A DNA stretch of 64,000 nucleotides from Candidatus Marinacidobacterales bacterium. GTDB taxonomy: Bacteria > Acidobacteriota > Vicinamibacteria > Marinacidobacterales > SMYC01. This document shows, in pieces, positions 21,701-30,613 of the stretch. The stretch lies in the NCBI GenBank assembly GCA_965237955.1, contig OZ250169.1, positions 3,680,001 to 3,744,000 of the forward strand, given 5' to 3'. Position numbers and translations under genes: made by a program. The notes beneath the pieces were generated by a model. It did not search any database. It saw only the letters and a program-made list of their open reading frames with translations, and was not told the DNA's origin. Each line of letters begins with the position of its first letter. Position 1 is the first letter of the stretch.

Positions 21701-21911
21701 CGCCCTCGGCACGTTCACGCCGTCACGCGACGCGCCCACCGAGGCGGAGCGGCTGCATCTGCAGGCAGCCGAAGAGGATCTAGAGCAAGCAATCGAGCAA
21801 ACGAACCTGGTTTTGGCGGAGGAGGTGGGGCGCTTCCGGGACCAGGTGGCGGCGGCGCTCGGCGTGGAGTTTTTCCCGGCCAAGGAGCCGCTGAGCGTCG
21901 ATTGGAGGTAG
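18712..21911 (+). pseudogene. VPS10/BNR beta-propeller paralogue A3, frameshifted
   Basis: 5-nt deletion (GGCGA) at ~20720 and +1 C at ~21057 relative to the paralogues; CAG>TAG near the C-terminus. Split across three ORFs. Confidence 0.85.
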
Positions 21912-21989
21912 CCGCGATTGGCCTGACTAGCACAGGGTTCAGGCCGTTCTTATACCATCCTTAATATGAGTCCAGGGAGACGGACACCG

Positions 21990-24900
21990 ATGCACACTGG
22001 TCCTTCCACTCGCCTTTCCTCGGTTTTCCTCGTGACCCTCCTTGCTGCGGCGTCCACGGCGCGGTCCCAGACGGACATCATCGGGCTTGCCGGTTTGAAA
22101 GCGCGGAGCGTCGGCCCCTCCGGCATGGGCGGCCGCATCAGTGCGATCGATGCCGTGAACGCCGACCCCAACATCATCTACGTGGGCGCGGCCACCGGGG
22201 GTCTATGGAAGTCCACCTCCGGCGGCGTGGCTTGGACGCCGCTCACCGATAGCCTGCCGGCGTCCTCGGTGGGGGCGGTCGCCATCTACCAGGCGGCGCC
22301 CGAGCTCCTCTGGATCGGTACTGGCGAAGGGGGTCGCCGCAACTCGGCTGGGGTCGGCACCGGGGTGTACAAGTCGTTGGACGGCGGCAAGAGCTGGCAA
22401 CACGTGGGGCTTGAGTCGACCGGGGCGATCCACGAGATCGTGTTGCACCCGAGCAATCCGGAGCTCGCCTACGTCGCCGCGCTCGGCAATACCTGGAAGG
22501 AGAGCCCGGATCGGGGCGTGTACAAGACCACCGACGGTGGCAAGAGCTGGGAGCAGGTGCTCTACGTGAACGAGACCACGGGTGCCGCGGACCTGGTCAT
22601 GGATCCGGCGAGCCCGAATCACCTCATTGCGGCCATGTGGGACCACCGGCGGTGGCCGTGGTTTTTCCGCTCGGGTGGACCTGGGAGCGGGCTCCACGTC
22701 ACGTACGACGGGGGAGAGAGCTGGAAGCAGCTCAGTGCTAACGAAGGCCTTCCCGAGGGCGAGCTCGGCCGCATGGGGCTCGACTTCGCGCGGGGAAACC
22801 CCAAGGTGGTTTATGCCGTGGTCGAAGCGAAACGCAGCGTGATGCTGCGCTCCGACGACCGCGGTAACACGTGGGAGGTCGTGAACGACCAGGCCGGCAT
22901 GCGCTCGATCGCGAGACGCCCGTTTTACTTCTCGAGGGTGCGGGTGGACCCCACCAACGAGAACCGCGTGTACAACTTGGTGGGGTCGATGGATCTCTCG
23001 GAGGACGGCGGCAAGAACTTTCGCGTGCTCATGAAGCGGACGCACGGGGATCACCACGCGCTGTGGGTGAGCCCCGACGGCAAAATCCTGATCGACGGCA
23101 ACGACGGCGGGGTCTATCTCTCGCCGGATCGCGGCGCCACCTGGCGCTTCATCGAGAACCTGCCGCTCGCTCAGTTCTACAAGATCAGCGTGGACCTGGC
23201 GACGCCGTTCAACATCATGGGCGGGCTCCAGGACAACGACATGTGGCACGGGCCGAGCTCCGTGTGGCACGACGGCGGCATCCGCTTCTCCGACTGGAAG
23301 GAGGTGGGATACGGCGACGGTTTCACGGTGCTCGCCGAGCCCACCAATCCGCGCTACATCTACGCCACGAGAGAGGCCGGCTTCATCGTCCGGTCCGATC
23401 TTCGAACCGGCGAGCGCAAGTCCATCAAGCCGGCCCATCCCGAGGCGACCAAGCTCCGGTTCAACTGGAACCCTGGGATGGAGATCGACCCCCACGACGG
23501 GGCGCTCTACCTCGGGAGCCAGTTCGTCCATCGCAGCACGGACATGGGAAGGACCTGGACGATCATCAGCCCAGACCTCACCACCAACGACCCCGAGAAG
23601 CAGATGGCGGACCAATCCGGCGGGCTCTCGCGCGACGACACCGAGGCGGAGAACCACACCACCATCCTCACCATCGCGCCGTCGCCGGTCGGGCGCGGGG
23701 TGCTCTGGGTGGGCACCGACGACGGCAACGTGCAGCTGACGCGCGACGGCGGCGGCACCTGGGTCAACGTGGTGGAGCGAATCCGGGGCCTGCGCCCGAA
23801 CAGCTGGGTGTCGCACATCGAGGCCTCCAAGTTCGAGAGTGGGACGGCCTTCGTGACCTTCGACGATCACCGTCGGGGCGACAACACGCCCTGCGTCTTC
23901 AAGACCATGGATTACGGCAACACGTGGACGAGCCTGGTCACCGCGGACATCGAGCCATTCAACTTCGTTCACGTGATCGAGCAGGATCCCGTCGAGGCGA
24001 ATCTGCTGTTCCTGGGCACCGAGTATGGAATGTACGTCTCGCTGAACGGAGGCCAGAAGTGGCATCTGTGGCGTCACGGACTCCCGCGTGCTCCGACGCG
24101 GGCCCTCGTCGTGCATCCGAGGGATCACGACCTGGTGATCGCGACCCACGGCCGCTCGGCGTACATTCTGGACGACGTAAGGCCGCTGCGCGCGCTGGCG
24201 CGCGATCCCGCGCTCGCAAACAGGCCACTACACGTGTTCGACCCTCCGGCGGCCATTCGCTACCATTCGTGGCGTAGGTGGATGGGTCGCGGAAGTGGAG
24301 ACGCGATGTTCATTGGGGAGAATCGGCCCTACGGGGCGCTCGTGACCTACTCCATCGGCAGCCACAGCGATAGAGCTGTAAACGGTAGCGGGAAGGCGGA
24401 AGGGGGAAGCACCCCACCGGCTTCGGGCGACACGTCAGCCCAGAGCGCCGCGTCCGCCGAAAAAGACACCGCGAAGGTGACCTTCGAAGTCCTCGACGAG
24501 GCCGGTGCAATCATTCGCACGTTCGAGGCCCCAGCGAAGCCGGGCGTCAACCGGACCGCGTGGGACCTCCGTCACGACGGGTTCCGCCGCCCCCTTGTTC
24601 AGGAGGAAGGCGCAGCCGGCCCGTCGTTCGTACAGGGGCCGGAGGTGTTGCCCGGCCGTTACACCGTCCGGGTGAAGTTCGAGGGCCAGGAAGCGAGCGC
24701 GGCGGTCGAGGTCCTGGAGGATCCGCGCTTCCAGGTCCCGATGGCGGTGCAGCGTGAGAGGCTGGAGTTCGTCATGACCGTGGGCCAGCGTTTGGAAGTC
24801 GCCGCCGAAGCGGTGGATCGTCTACGAGACGCGAGGCGCGACGTCGACCGCGTGGTGGAGCAGGTCGAAGCCAACCGCGGGGCGAGCGACGGCACCGCGA

Positions 24901-25289
24901 AGGCGCTGGCATCGGCCGGCCACGACCTCAAGAACGCGCTCACGGACGTGGAGGTACTGTTCACCGGAGACACGATGAACTTTTTGGTCGACAGAGGACC
25001 GGAGCGAATTCAGGGGATGGAGAGCTGGCCGGACGAGGTGCTGTCGCAGCTCAGCTATCTCACCGGCGACCTCTACAGCGGCACATTCACCCCGCCACGC
25101 GAGGCGCCGACCGAGGCCGAGCGGCTGCACCTGCGGGCGGTCGAAGAGGACCTGAAGCAGGCGCTCGAGCGTACCAACCGGATCTTCGCGGAGGAGGAGG
25201 CGCGGTTCCGGGAGCGCGTGGCGGCGGGGCTTAACGCGGAGCTCTTCCCGGCGAAGGAGCCTCTGAGTGTCGATTGGAGGCATCCGTGA
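21990..25289 (+). CDS. VPS10/BNR beta-propeller protein, paralogue A4
   Basis: Same architecture, with an extra Ser/Ala/Gly linker GSHSDRAVNGSGKAEGGSTPP... Confidence 0.88.
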   Translation: MHTGPSTRLSSVFLVTLLAAASTARSQTDIIGLAGLKARSVGPSGMGGRISAIDAVNADPNIIYVGAATGGLWKSTSGGVAWTPLTDSLPASSVGAVAIYQAAPELLWIGTGEGGRRNSAGVGTGVYKSLDGGKSWQHVGLESTGAIHEIVLHPSNPELAYVAALGNTWKESPDRGVYKTTDGGKSWEQVLYVNETTGAADLVMDPASPNHLIAAMWDHRRWPWFFRSGGPGSGLHVTYDGGESWKQLSANEGLPEGELGRMGLDFARGNPKVVYAVVEAKRSVMLRSDDRGNTWEVVNDQAGMRSIARRPFYFSRVRVDPTNENRVYNLVGSMDLSEDGGKNFRVLMKRTHGDHHALWVSPDGKILIDGNDGGVYLSPDRGATWRFIENLPLAQFYKISVDLATPFNIMGGLQDNDMWHGPSSVWHDGGIRFSDWKEVGYGDGFTVLAEPTNPRYIYATREAGFIVRSDLRTGERKSIKPAHPEATKLRFNWNPGMEIDPHDGALYLGSQFVHRSTDMGRTWTIISPDLTTNDPEKQMADQSGGLSRDDTEAENHTTILTIAPSPVGRGVLWVGTDDGNVQLTRDGGGTWVNVVERIRGLRPNSWVSHIEASKFESGTAFVTFDDHRRGDNTPCVFKTMDYGNTWTSLVTADIEPFNFVHVIEQDPVEANLLFLGTEYGMYVSLNGGQKWHLWRHGLPRAPTRALVVHPRDHDLVIATHGRSAYILDDVRPLRALARDPALANRPLHVFDPPAAIRYHSWRRWMGRGSGDAMFIGENRPYGALVTYSIGSHSDRAVNGSGKAEGGSTPPASGDTSAQSAASAEKDTAKVTFEVLDEAGAIIRTFEAPAKPGVNRTAWDLRHDGFRRPLVQEEGAAGPSFVQGPEVLPGRYTVRVKFEGQEASAAVEVLEDPRFQVPMAVQRERLEFVMTVGQRLEVAAEAVDRLRDARRDVDRVVEQVEANRGASDGTAKALASAGHDLKNALTDVEVLFTGDTMNFLVDRGPERIQGMESWPDEVLSQLSYLTGDLYSGTFTPPREAPTEAERLHLRAVEEDLKQALERTNRIFAEEEARFRERVAAGLNAELFPAKEPLSVDWRHP

Positions 25290-25354
25290 TAGTGTTGCCG
25301 ACGCAAAGCTGGTGCTGTTCCAATATGTTCCTTAAATTCAGGGAGTCAGCCACG

Positions 25355-28300
25355 ATGCACACGGATCTTTTCCCTCGCCTTTCGGCGGTTTTCCTCGTGA
25401 CCATTCTTGCCGCGGCGTCAACGGCGCGGTCCCAGACGGACATCACCGAGCTTGCCGGTTTGAAAGCTCGGAGCATCGGCCCCTCCGGCATGAGCGGCCG
25501 CATCAGCGCCATTGATGCCGTGAACGCCGACCCCAACATCATCTACGCGGGCGCGGCCACCGGCGGTCTATGGAAGTCCACCTCCGGCGGCGTGACCTGG
25601 ACGCCACTCACCGACAGCCTGCCCGCGTCCTCGGTGGGGGCGATCGCGATCTACCAGGCGGCGCCCGAGCTCGTCTGGATCGGCACCGGCGAGCGCAACC
25701 GCCGCAACTCGGCCGGGGTCGGCACCGGGGTGTACAAGTCGCTGGACGGCGGTAAGAGCTGGCAACACGTGGGGCTCGAGTCGAGCGGCGCGATCGACGC
25801 GATCGTGTTGCACCCGAGCAATCCGGAGCTCGCCTACGTCGGCGCCCTCGGCAACACCTGGAAGGAGAGCCCGCACCGGGGCGTGTACAAGACCACCGAC
25901 GGCGGCAAGAGCTGGGACAAGGTGCTCTACGTGAACGAGACCACCGGTGCCGGCGACCTCGTCATGGATCCCGCGAGCCCCAATCACCTCATTGCCGCCA
26001 TGTGGGATCACCGGCGCTGGCCGTGGTTTTTCCGCTCGGGTGGAGCGGGGAGCGGGCTCCACGTCACGTACGACGGCGGCGAGAGCTGGAAGCGGCTGAG
26101 TCCCAACGAAGGCCTCCCCGAGGGCGAGCTCGGCCGCATGGGGCTCGACTTCGCGCGGGGGAACCCCCAGGTGGTTTATGCCGTGGTCGAGGCCAAGCGC
26201 AGCGTGTTGCTGCGCTCCGACGACCGCGGCGACACGTGGAAGGTCGTGAATGACGAGGGCGGCTATCCGTCGCCGATCGCCTGGCGGCCGTTCTACTACG
26301 CGCAGGTGCGGGTGGACCCCACCAACGAGAACCGCGTGTACAACGTGCAGGGGACGATAGGTCTCTCGGAGGACGGCGGCAAGAACTTTCGCAGGTTCCA
26401 GACCCGGGTGCACGGGGATCACCACGCGCTCTGGGTGAGCCCCGACGGCAAGTTCCTGATCGACGGCAATGACGGCGGGGTCGCCCTCTCGCGTGACCGC
26501 GGCGCCTCCTGGCGCTTCATCGAGAACCTGCCGCTGGCCCAGTTCTACCACATCAACGTGGACCTAGCGACGCCGTTCAACGTCATGGGCGGGCTCCAGG
26601 ACAACGGCATGTGGCACGGGCCGAGCTCCGTGTGGCACAACGGCGGCATCCCGTTCTCCGCCTGGAGGAACATCGGAGCCGGTGATGGCATGGCCGTGCT
26701 CGCCGAGCCCAACGACCCGCGCTACGTCTACACCACGAGGGAGGCCGGCTACGTCGTCCGGTCCGATCTTCAAACCGGCGAGCGCAGGTCCATCGTGCCG
26801 GCCCATCCCGAGGGGATCGAGCTCCGGTTCAGCTGGAACCCGGGGATGGCGATCGACCCCCACGACCAAGCGCTCTACATCGGGAGCCAGTTCGTCCATC
26901 GCAGCACGGACACGGGAAGGACGTGGACCCTCATCAGCCCAGACCTCACCACCAACGACCCTGAGAAGCAGATGCAGCACACGTCCGGCGGGCTCACGCG
27001 CGACGACACCGAAGCGGAGAATCACACCACCATCCTCACCATCGCGCCGTCGCCGGTCGAGCGCGGGGTGCTCTGGGTCGGCACCGACGACGGCAACGTG
27101 CAGCTGACGCGCGACGGCGGCGGCACCTGGCTCAACGTGGTGGAGCGGATCCGCGGCGTGCGCCCGAACAGCTGGGTGCCGCACATCGAGGCCTCCAAGT
27201 TCGACGGCGGCACGGCGTTCGTGACCTTCGACGATCACCGTCGGGGCGACAACACGCCGTACGTCTTCAAGACCATGGATTACGGCACCACCTGGACCAG
27301 CCTCGTCACCGCGGACATCGAGCCATTCAACTTCGTTCATGTGATCGAGCAGGATCCCGTCGAGGCGAATTTGCTGTTCCTGGGCACCGAGTACGGAATG
27401 TACGTCTCGCTGAACGGAGGCCAGAAGTGGCATCTGTGGCGTCACGGACTCCCGCGGGCTCCCACGCGGGCCCTCGTCGTGCATCCGAGGGATCACGACC
27501 TGGTGATCGCGACACACGGCCGCTCGGTGTACATCCTGGACGACGTGGGGCCGCTGCGCGCGCTCGCGCGCGATGCCGCGATCGCAAACAGGCCACTACA
27601 CTTGTTCGACCCTCCGGTGGCCATTCGCTATCATCCGTGGCTCAGGGGGAGGAATGACGGCAACGGGATCTTCACTGGGGAGAATCGGCCCTACGGGGCG
27701 CTCCTGACCTACTCCATCGGCAGCCACAGCGATAGAGCTGTAACCGGTAGCGGGAAGGCGGAAGGCGGAAGCACCCCACCGGCTTCGGGCGACACGTCAG
27801 CCCAGAGCGCCGCGTCCGCGGAAAAAGACCCCGCGAAGGTGACCTTCGAAGTCCTTGACGAGGCCGGTGCCATCATTCGCACGTTCGAGGCCCCAGCGAA
27901 GCCGGGCGTTAACCGCACCGCGTGGGACCTCCGTCACGACGGGTTCCGCCGCCCCCGTATTCAGGAGGGAAACGCTGCGGTCCGGTCGTTCGCACGGGGG
28001 CCGGAGGTGCTGCCAGGCCGTTACACCGTTCGGATCGAGTTCGAGGGCCAGGAGGCGAGCGCGGCACTCGAGGTCCGGGAGGATCCGCGCTTCCAGGTCC
28101 CGATGGCAGCGCAGCGCGAGAGGCTGGATTTCATCATGACCGTGGGCCAGCGCCAGGAAGTCGCCGCGGAAGCGGTGGATCGTCTACGAGGCGCGAGGCG
28201 CGCCGTCAGCCGCGCGGTGGAGCAGGTCCAAGCCAACCGCGGGGCGACTGACAGCACCGCCCAGGAGCTGGCATCGGCCGGCGACGACCTCGAGGAGGCG

Positions 28301-28657
28301 CTCTTCGGGGTGGAGGAACTGTTCACGGGAGACGCGGGGAACTTTTATACCCTCGGAGCGCAGCGAATTCAGGGGTTCCGCGCGTGGCCGGGCGAGGTGC
28401 TGCCGCAGCTCGACTACGTCATCGGCGGCTGTGGAATGTGCAGAACCACGTTCACCCCGTCACGCGAGGCGCCGACCGAGGCCGAGCGGCTACACCTGCG
28501 GGCGGCCGAAGAGGACCTGAAGCGAGCGCTCGAGCGGACGAACCGGATCTTCGCCGAGGACGTGGCGCGGTTCCGGAAGCGGGTAGCGGACGGGCTCAAC
28601 GTGGAGCTCTTCCCGGCGAAGGAGCCGCTGAGCGTCGATTGGAGGCAGCCGCGATAG
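25355..28657 (+). CDS. VPS10/BNR beta-propeller protein, paralogue A5
   Basis: Same architecture; shares the upstream CAGGGAGTCAGCCACGATG with A1. Confidence 0.88.
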   Translation: MHTDLFPRLSAVFLVTILAAASTARSQTDITELAGLKARSIGPSGMSGRISAIDAVNADPNIIYAGAATGGLWKSTSGGVTWTPLTDSLPASSVGAIAIYQAAPELVWIGTGERNRRNSAGVGTGVYKSLDGGKSWQHVGLESSGAIDAIVLHPSNPELAYVGALGNTWKESPHRGVYKTTDGGKSWDKVLYVNETTGAGDLVMDPASPNHLIAAMWDHRRWPWFFRSGGAGSGLHVTYDGGESWKRLSPNEGLPEGELGRMGLDFARGNPQVVYAVVEAKRSVLLRSDDRGDTWKVVNDEGGYPSPIAWRPFYYAQVRVDPTNENRVYNVQGTIGLSEDGGKNFRRFQTRVHGDHHALWVSPDGKFLIDGNDGGVALSRDRGASWRFIENLPLAQFYHINVDLATPFNVMGGLQDNGMWHGPSSVWHNGGIPFSAWRNIGAGDGMAVLAEPNDPRYVYTTREAGYVVRSDLQTGERRSIVPAHPEGIELRFSWNPGMAIDPHDQALYIGSQFVHRSTDTGRTWTLISPDLTTNDPEKQMQHTSGGLTRDDTEAENHTTILTIAPSPVERGVLWVGTDDGNVQLTRDGGGTWLNVVERIRGVRPNSWVPHIEASKFDGGTAFVTFDDHRRGDNTPYVFKTMDYGTTWTSLVTADIEPFNFVHVIEQDPVEANLLFLGTEYGMYVSLNGGQKWHLWRHGLPRAPTRALVVHPRDHDLVIATHGRSVYILDDVGPLRALARDAAIANRPLHLFDPPVAIRYHPWLRGRNDGNGIFTGENRPYGALLTYSIGSHSDRAVTGSGKAEGGSTPPASGDTSAQSAASAEKDPAKVTFEVLDEAGAIIRTFEAPAKPGVNRTAWDLRHDGFRRPRIQEGNAAVRSFARGPEVLPGRYTVRIEFEGQEASAALEVREDPRFQVPMAAQRERLDFIMTVGQRQEVAAEAVDRLRGARRAVSRAVEQVQANRGATDSTAQELASAGDDLEEALFGVEELFTGDAGNFYTLGAQRIQGFRAWPGEVLPQLDYVIGGCGMCRTTFTPSREAPTEAERLHLRAAEEDLKRALERTNRIFAEDVARFRKRVADGLNVELFPAKEPLSVDWRQPR

Positions 28658-28825
28658 ATTTGCCGACGCAAGCTGATCTTCCGATCGATTGGCGGAGCGG
28701 TTCGGGAAGGCTCCGGCGGAGAGCGGGCCGACTCGATTCCCGTGATCGAGTTGCTCTGACGTGCGCCGACAGTATCAGTGTGAACTTGAAGGATAGCGTT
28801 TGACGGAGGTAGTCAGGAGGTCATC

Positions 28826-30079
28826 GTGAGATTCACGCAAGCTCTTTGTCGAGGGGCGACAACGGTAATTTGCGTTGTGTCCATGGGATGCGAACAGCCG
28901 GCAATGGAGGGGGCGACGGCTGCCGGTGAGGAGGAGACGAGCATACCGGAGTTTAGAGTCGATCCCTTCTGGCCGAAGCCGCTGCCCAACGACTGGCTCA
29001 TCGGAGAGATAGCCGGGTTAGCGGTCGACTCGCGCGATCACGTCTGGGTCTTTCAGCGGCCGGGGAGCTTGACCGCGGACGAGCTAGGCGCGGCGCAAGA
29101 TCCGCCCATCTCGGTTTGTTGCAAGCCGGCTCCATGGATCCTGGAGTTCGATGAGGAAGGCAATCTCATTCAGTCATGGGGTGGTCCCGGGTCCGGCTAC
29201 GACTGGCCTAGCGTCGAGCACGGACTCTTCGTCGACCATAAGGGTAACGTCTGGATAGGCGGGGAAAGCCGGGAGGACCATCAAGTGCTGAAGTTCAGCT
29301 CCGAGGGCACTTTCCTCCTCCAGATCGGACAGGCTGGAAAGACCGGCGGGAACAACCATAAGGAATTTCTTGGACATCCCACCGACATAGAAGTCGATCC
29401 CAAGACGAACGAAGTCTTCGTTTCAGACGGCTACCTGAACAGGCGCGTGATCGTATTCGACGCGGAAACGGGGGAGTACAAGCGTCACTGGGGAGCTTAC
29501 GGCAACGAGCCGGAGGATTTCGCGCCCGGCATCTACTACGCCGGGGGGAGGTACAAGAAGACGGGACCTGACGGAGAGCCGGTCGATGCCGGTCTCACGC
29601 CGCCCATAGCGCCGGGGAGACGTACCCCAGGCTCTGAAACCACCTACAATCCGGACGACCCCCCCTCACAGCAGTTCAACATTGTGCATGGGGTTCGCGT
29701 CACGAACGACGGGCTCGTTTACGTGGCGGATCGCACCAACAACCGTATTCAGGTCTTCCAAAGAGACGGCACCTTCGTGAAGGAAGTCGTCATCGCCAAC
29801 AAGACGATGGGAGAAGGAACGGCCTGGGATGTGGATGTTTCATCGGATGAGAATCAGACCTTTCTATATGTCGCCGATGGAACCAACCAGCGGGTCTGGA
29901 TCCTGCGACGAGAAGACCTGGAGATTCTCGGTTCCTTCGGCCGCCGCGGCCATGGCGCGGGCGAATTCCACTGGGTGCACCGTTTGGCGGTGGACTCCCA
30001 CGGTAACATCTACACCGGCGAGGTGAGCCGAGGGCGGCGCCTCCAGAAGTTCGTTTTAGAGAAGAAAGAGGCGACCTAA
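28826..30079 (+). CDS. NHL-repeat six-bladed beta-propeller protein (peptidyl-alpha-hydroxyglycine lyase-like), probable lipoprotein
   Basis: VDPFWPKPLPNDW, HGLFVDHKGNVWI, VSDGYLNRRVIVFD, VYVADRTNNRIQVF; N-terminal hydrophobic stretch ending SMGC; CC motif. Confidence 0.8.
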   Translation: MRFTQALCRGATTVICVVSMGCEQPAMEGATAAGEEETSIPEFRVDPFWPKPLPNDWLIGEIAGLAVDSRDHVWVFQRPGSLTADELGAAQDPPISVCCKPAPWILEFDEEGNLIQSWGGPGSGYDWPSVEHGLFVDHKGNVWIGGESREDHQVLKFSSEGTFLLQIGQAGKTGGNNHKEFLGHPTDIEVDPKTNEVFVSDGYLNRRVIVFDAETGEYKRHWGAYGNEPEDFAPGIYYAGGRYKKTGPDGEPVDAGLTPPIAPGRRTPGSETTYNPDDPPSQQFNIVHGVRVTNDGLVYVADRTNNRIQVFQRDGTFVKEVVIANKTMGEGTAWDVDVSSDENQTFLYVADGTNQRVWILRREDLEILGSFGRRGHGAGEFHWVHRLAVDSHGNIYTGEVSRGRRLQKFVLEKKEAT

Positions 30080-30082
30080 CTG

Positions 30083-30479
30083 CTAGCCCCGGGCTATCGC
30101 CCTGGCGAGCTCAGGCTCGCTAGCGGCCTGGTTGTACAAGGGCCCCGTGAACCTTGACATGAACGAGGTCCGCGCCGTGAGAGCGAGCGAAGGCGGCGAG
30201 CGCTCCCACTTGGTAGATGACGTCCGCTTCGATCTCCTCGGAGATGGCCTGGATCGGTCTTCTACCGAAGCCTCGCAGATCGAGGTGCCCGGGATGCGCT
30301 CCCACGGCCACGCCATGTTTCTTTGCCAACCTCACGGTACGGTCGATGGACTACGGGTCGCCGGCGTGAAAGCCGCAAGCGATGTTCGCCGAGCTGACGA
30401 GAGGCATCAGCTCGTCGTCGGCCCCGGTGCGGTACGTCCCGAAGCTCTCTCCCATGTCACAGTTCAGATCGATCTGCAT
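30083..30479 (-). pseudogene. pxpA: 5-oxoprolinase subunit A (LamB/YcsF) remnant
   Basis: [14 protein letters not shown], then a frameshift to [21 protein letters not shown] followed by a stop; later GAHPG...DLRGFGRR and HVKVHGAL. Truncated at the end of the NHL gene. Confidence 0.8.
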
Positions 30480-30613
30480 GGCGCGTCACCTGGGCTGGAT
30501 TCTACATCAGGTGAGCCGCCGCGAGAGTCCGGAGAGCGGTAAGCAACGAGACGGGGCGCAATCACCCAGCCGCTTCCCGAGCTCCGCCGCCGCCATCGAC
30601 GAGGCCGGGTGGC

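Noticed and set aside
22203-24149. Long antisense and alternative-frame ORFs (e.g. 648 aa here, 598 aa at 41255-43051, 508 aa at 37189-38715)
   Set aside because: Shadow ORFs from high-GC codon bias opposite clear genes; no recognisable motifs.
12158-28657. Diversity-generating retroelement as the cause of VPS10 variation
   Set aside because: No RT or Avd gene and no short TR/VR pair. Differences include indels and all base types rather than adenine-specific changes, and the only retroelement traces are intron fragments.
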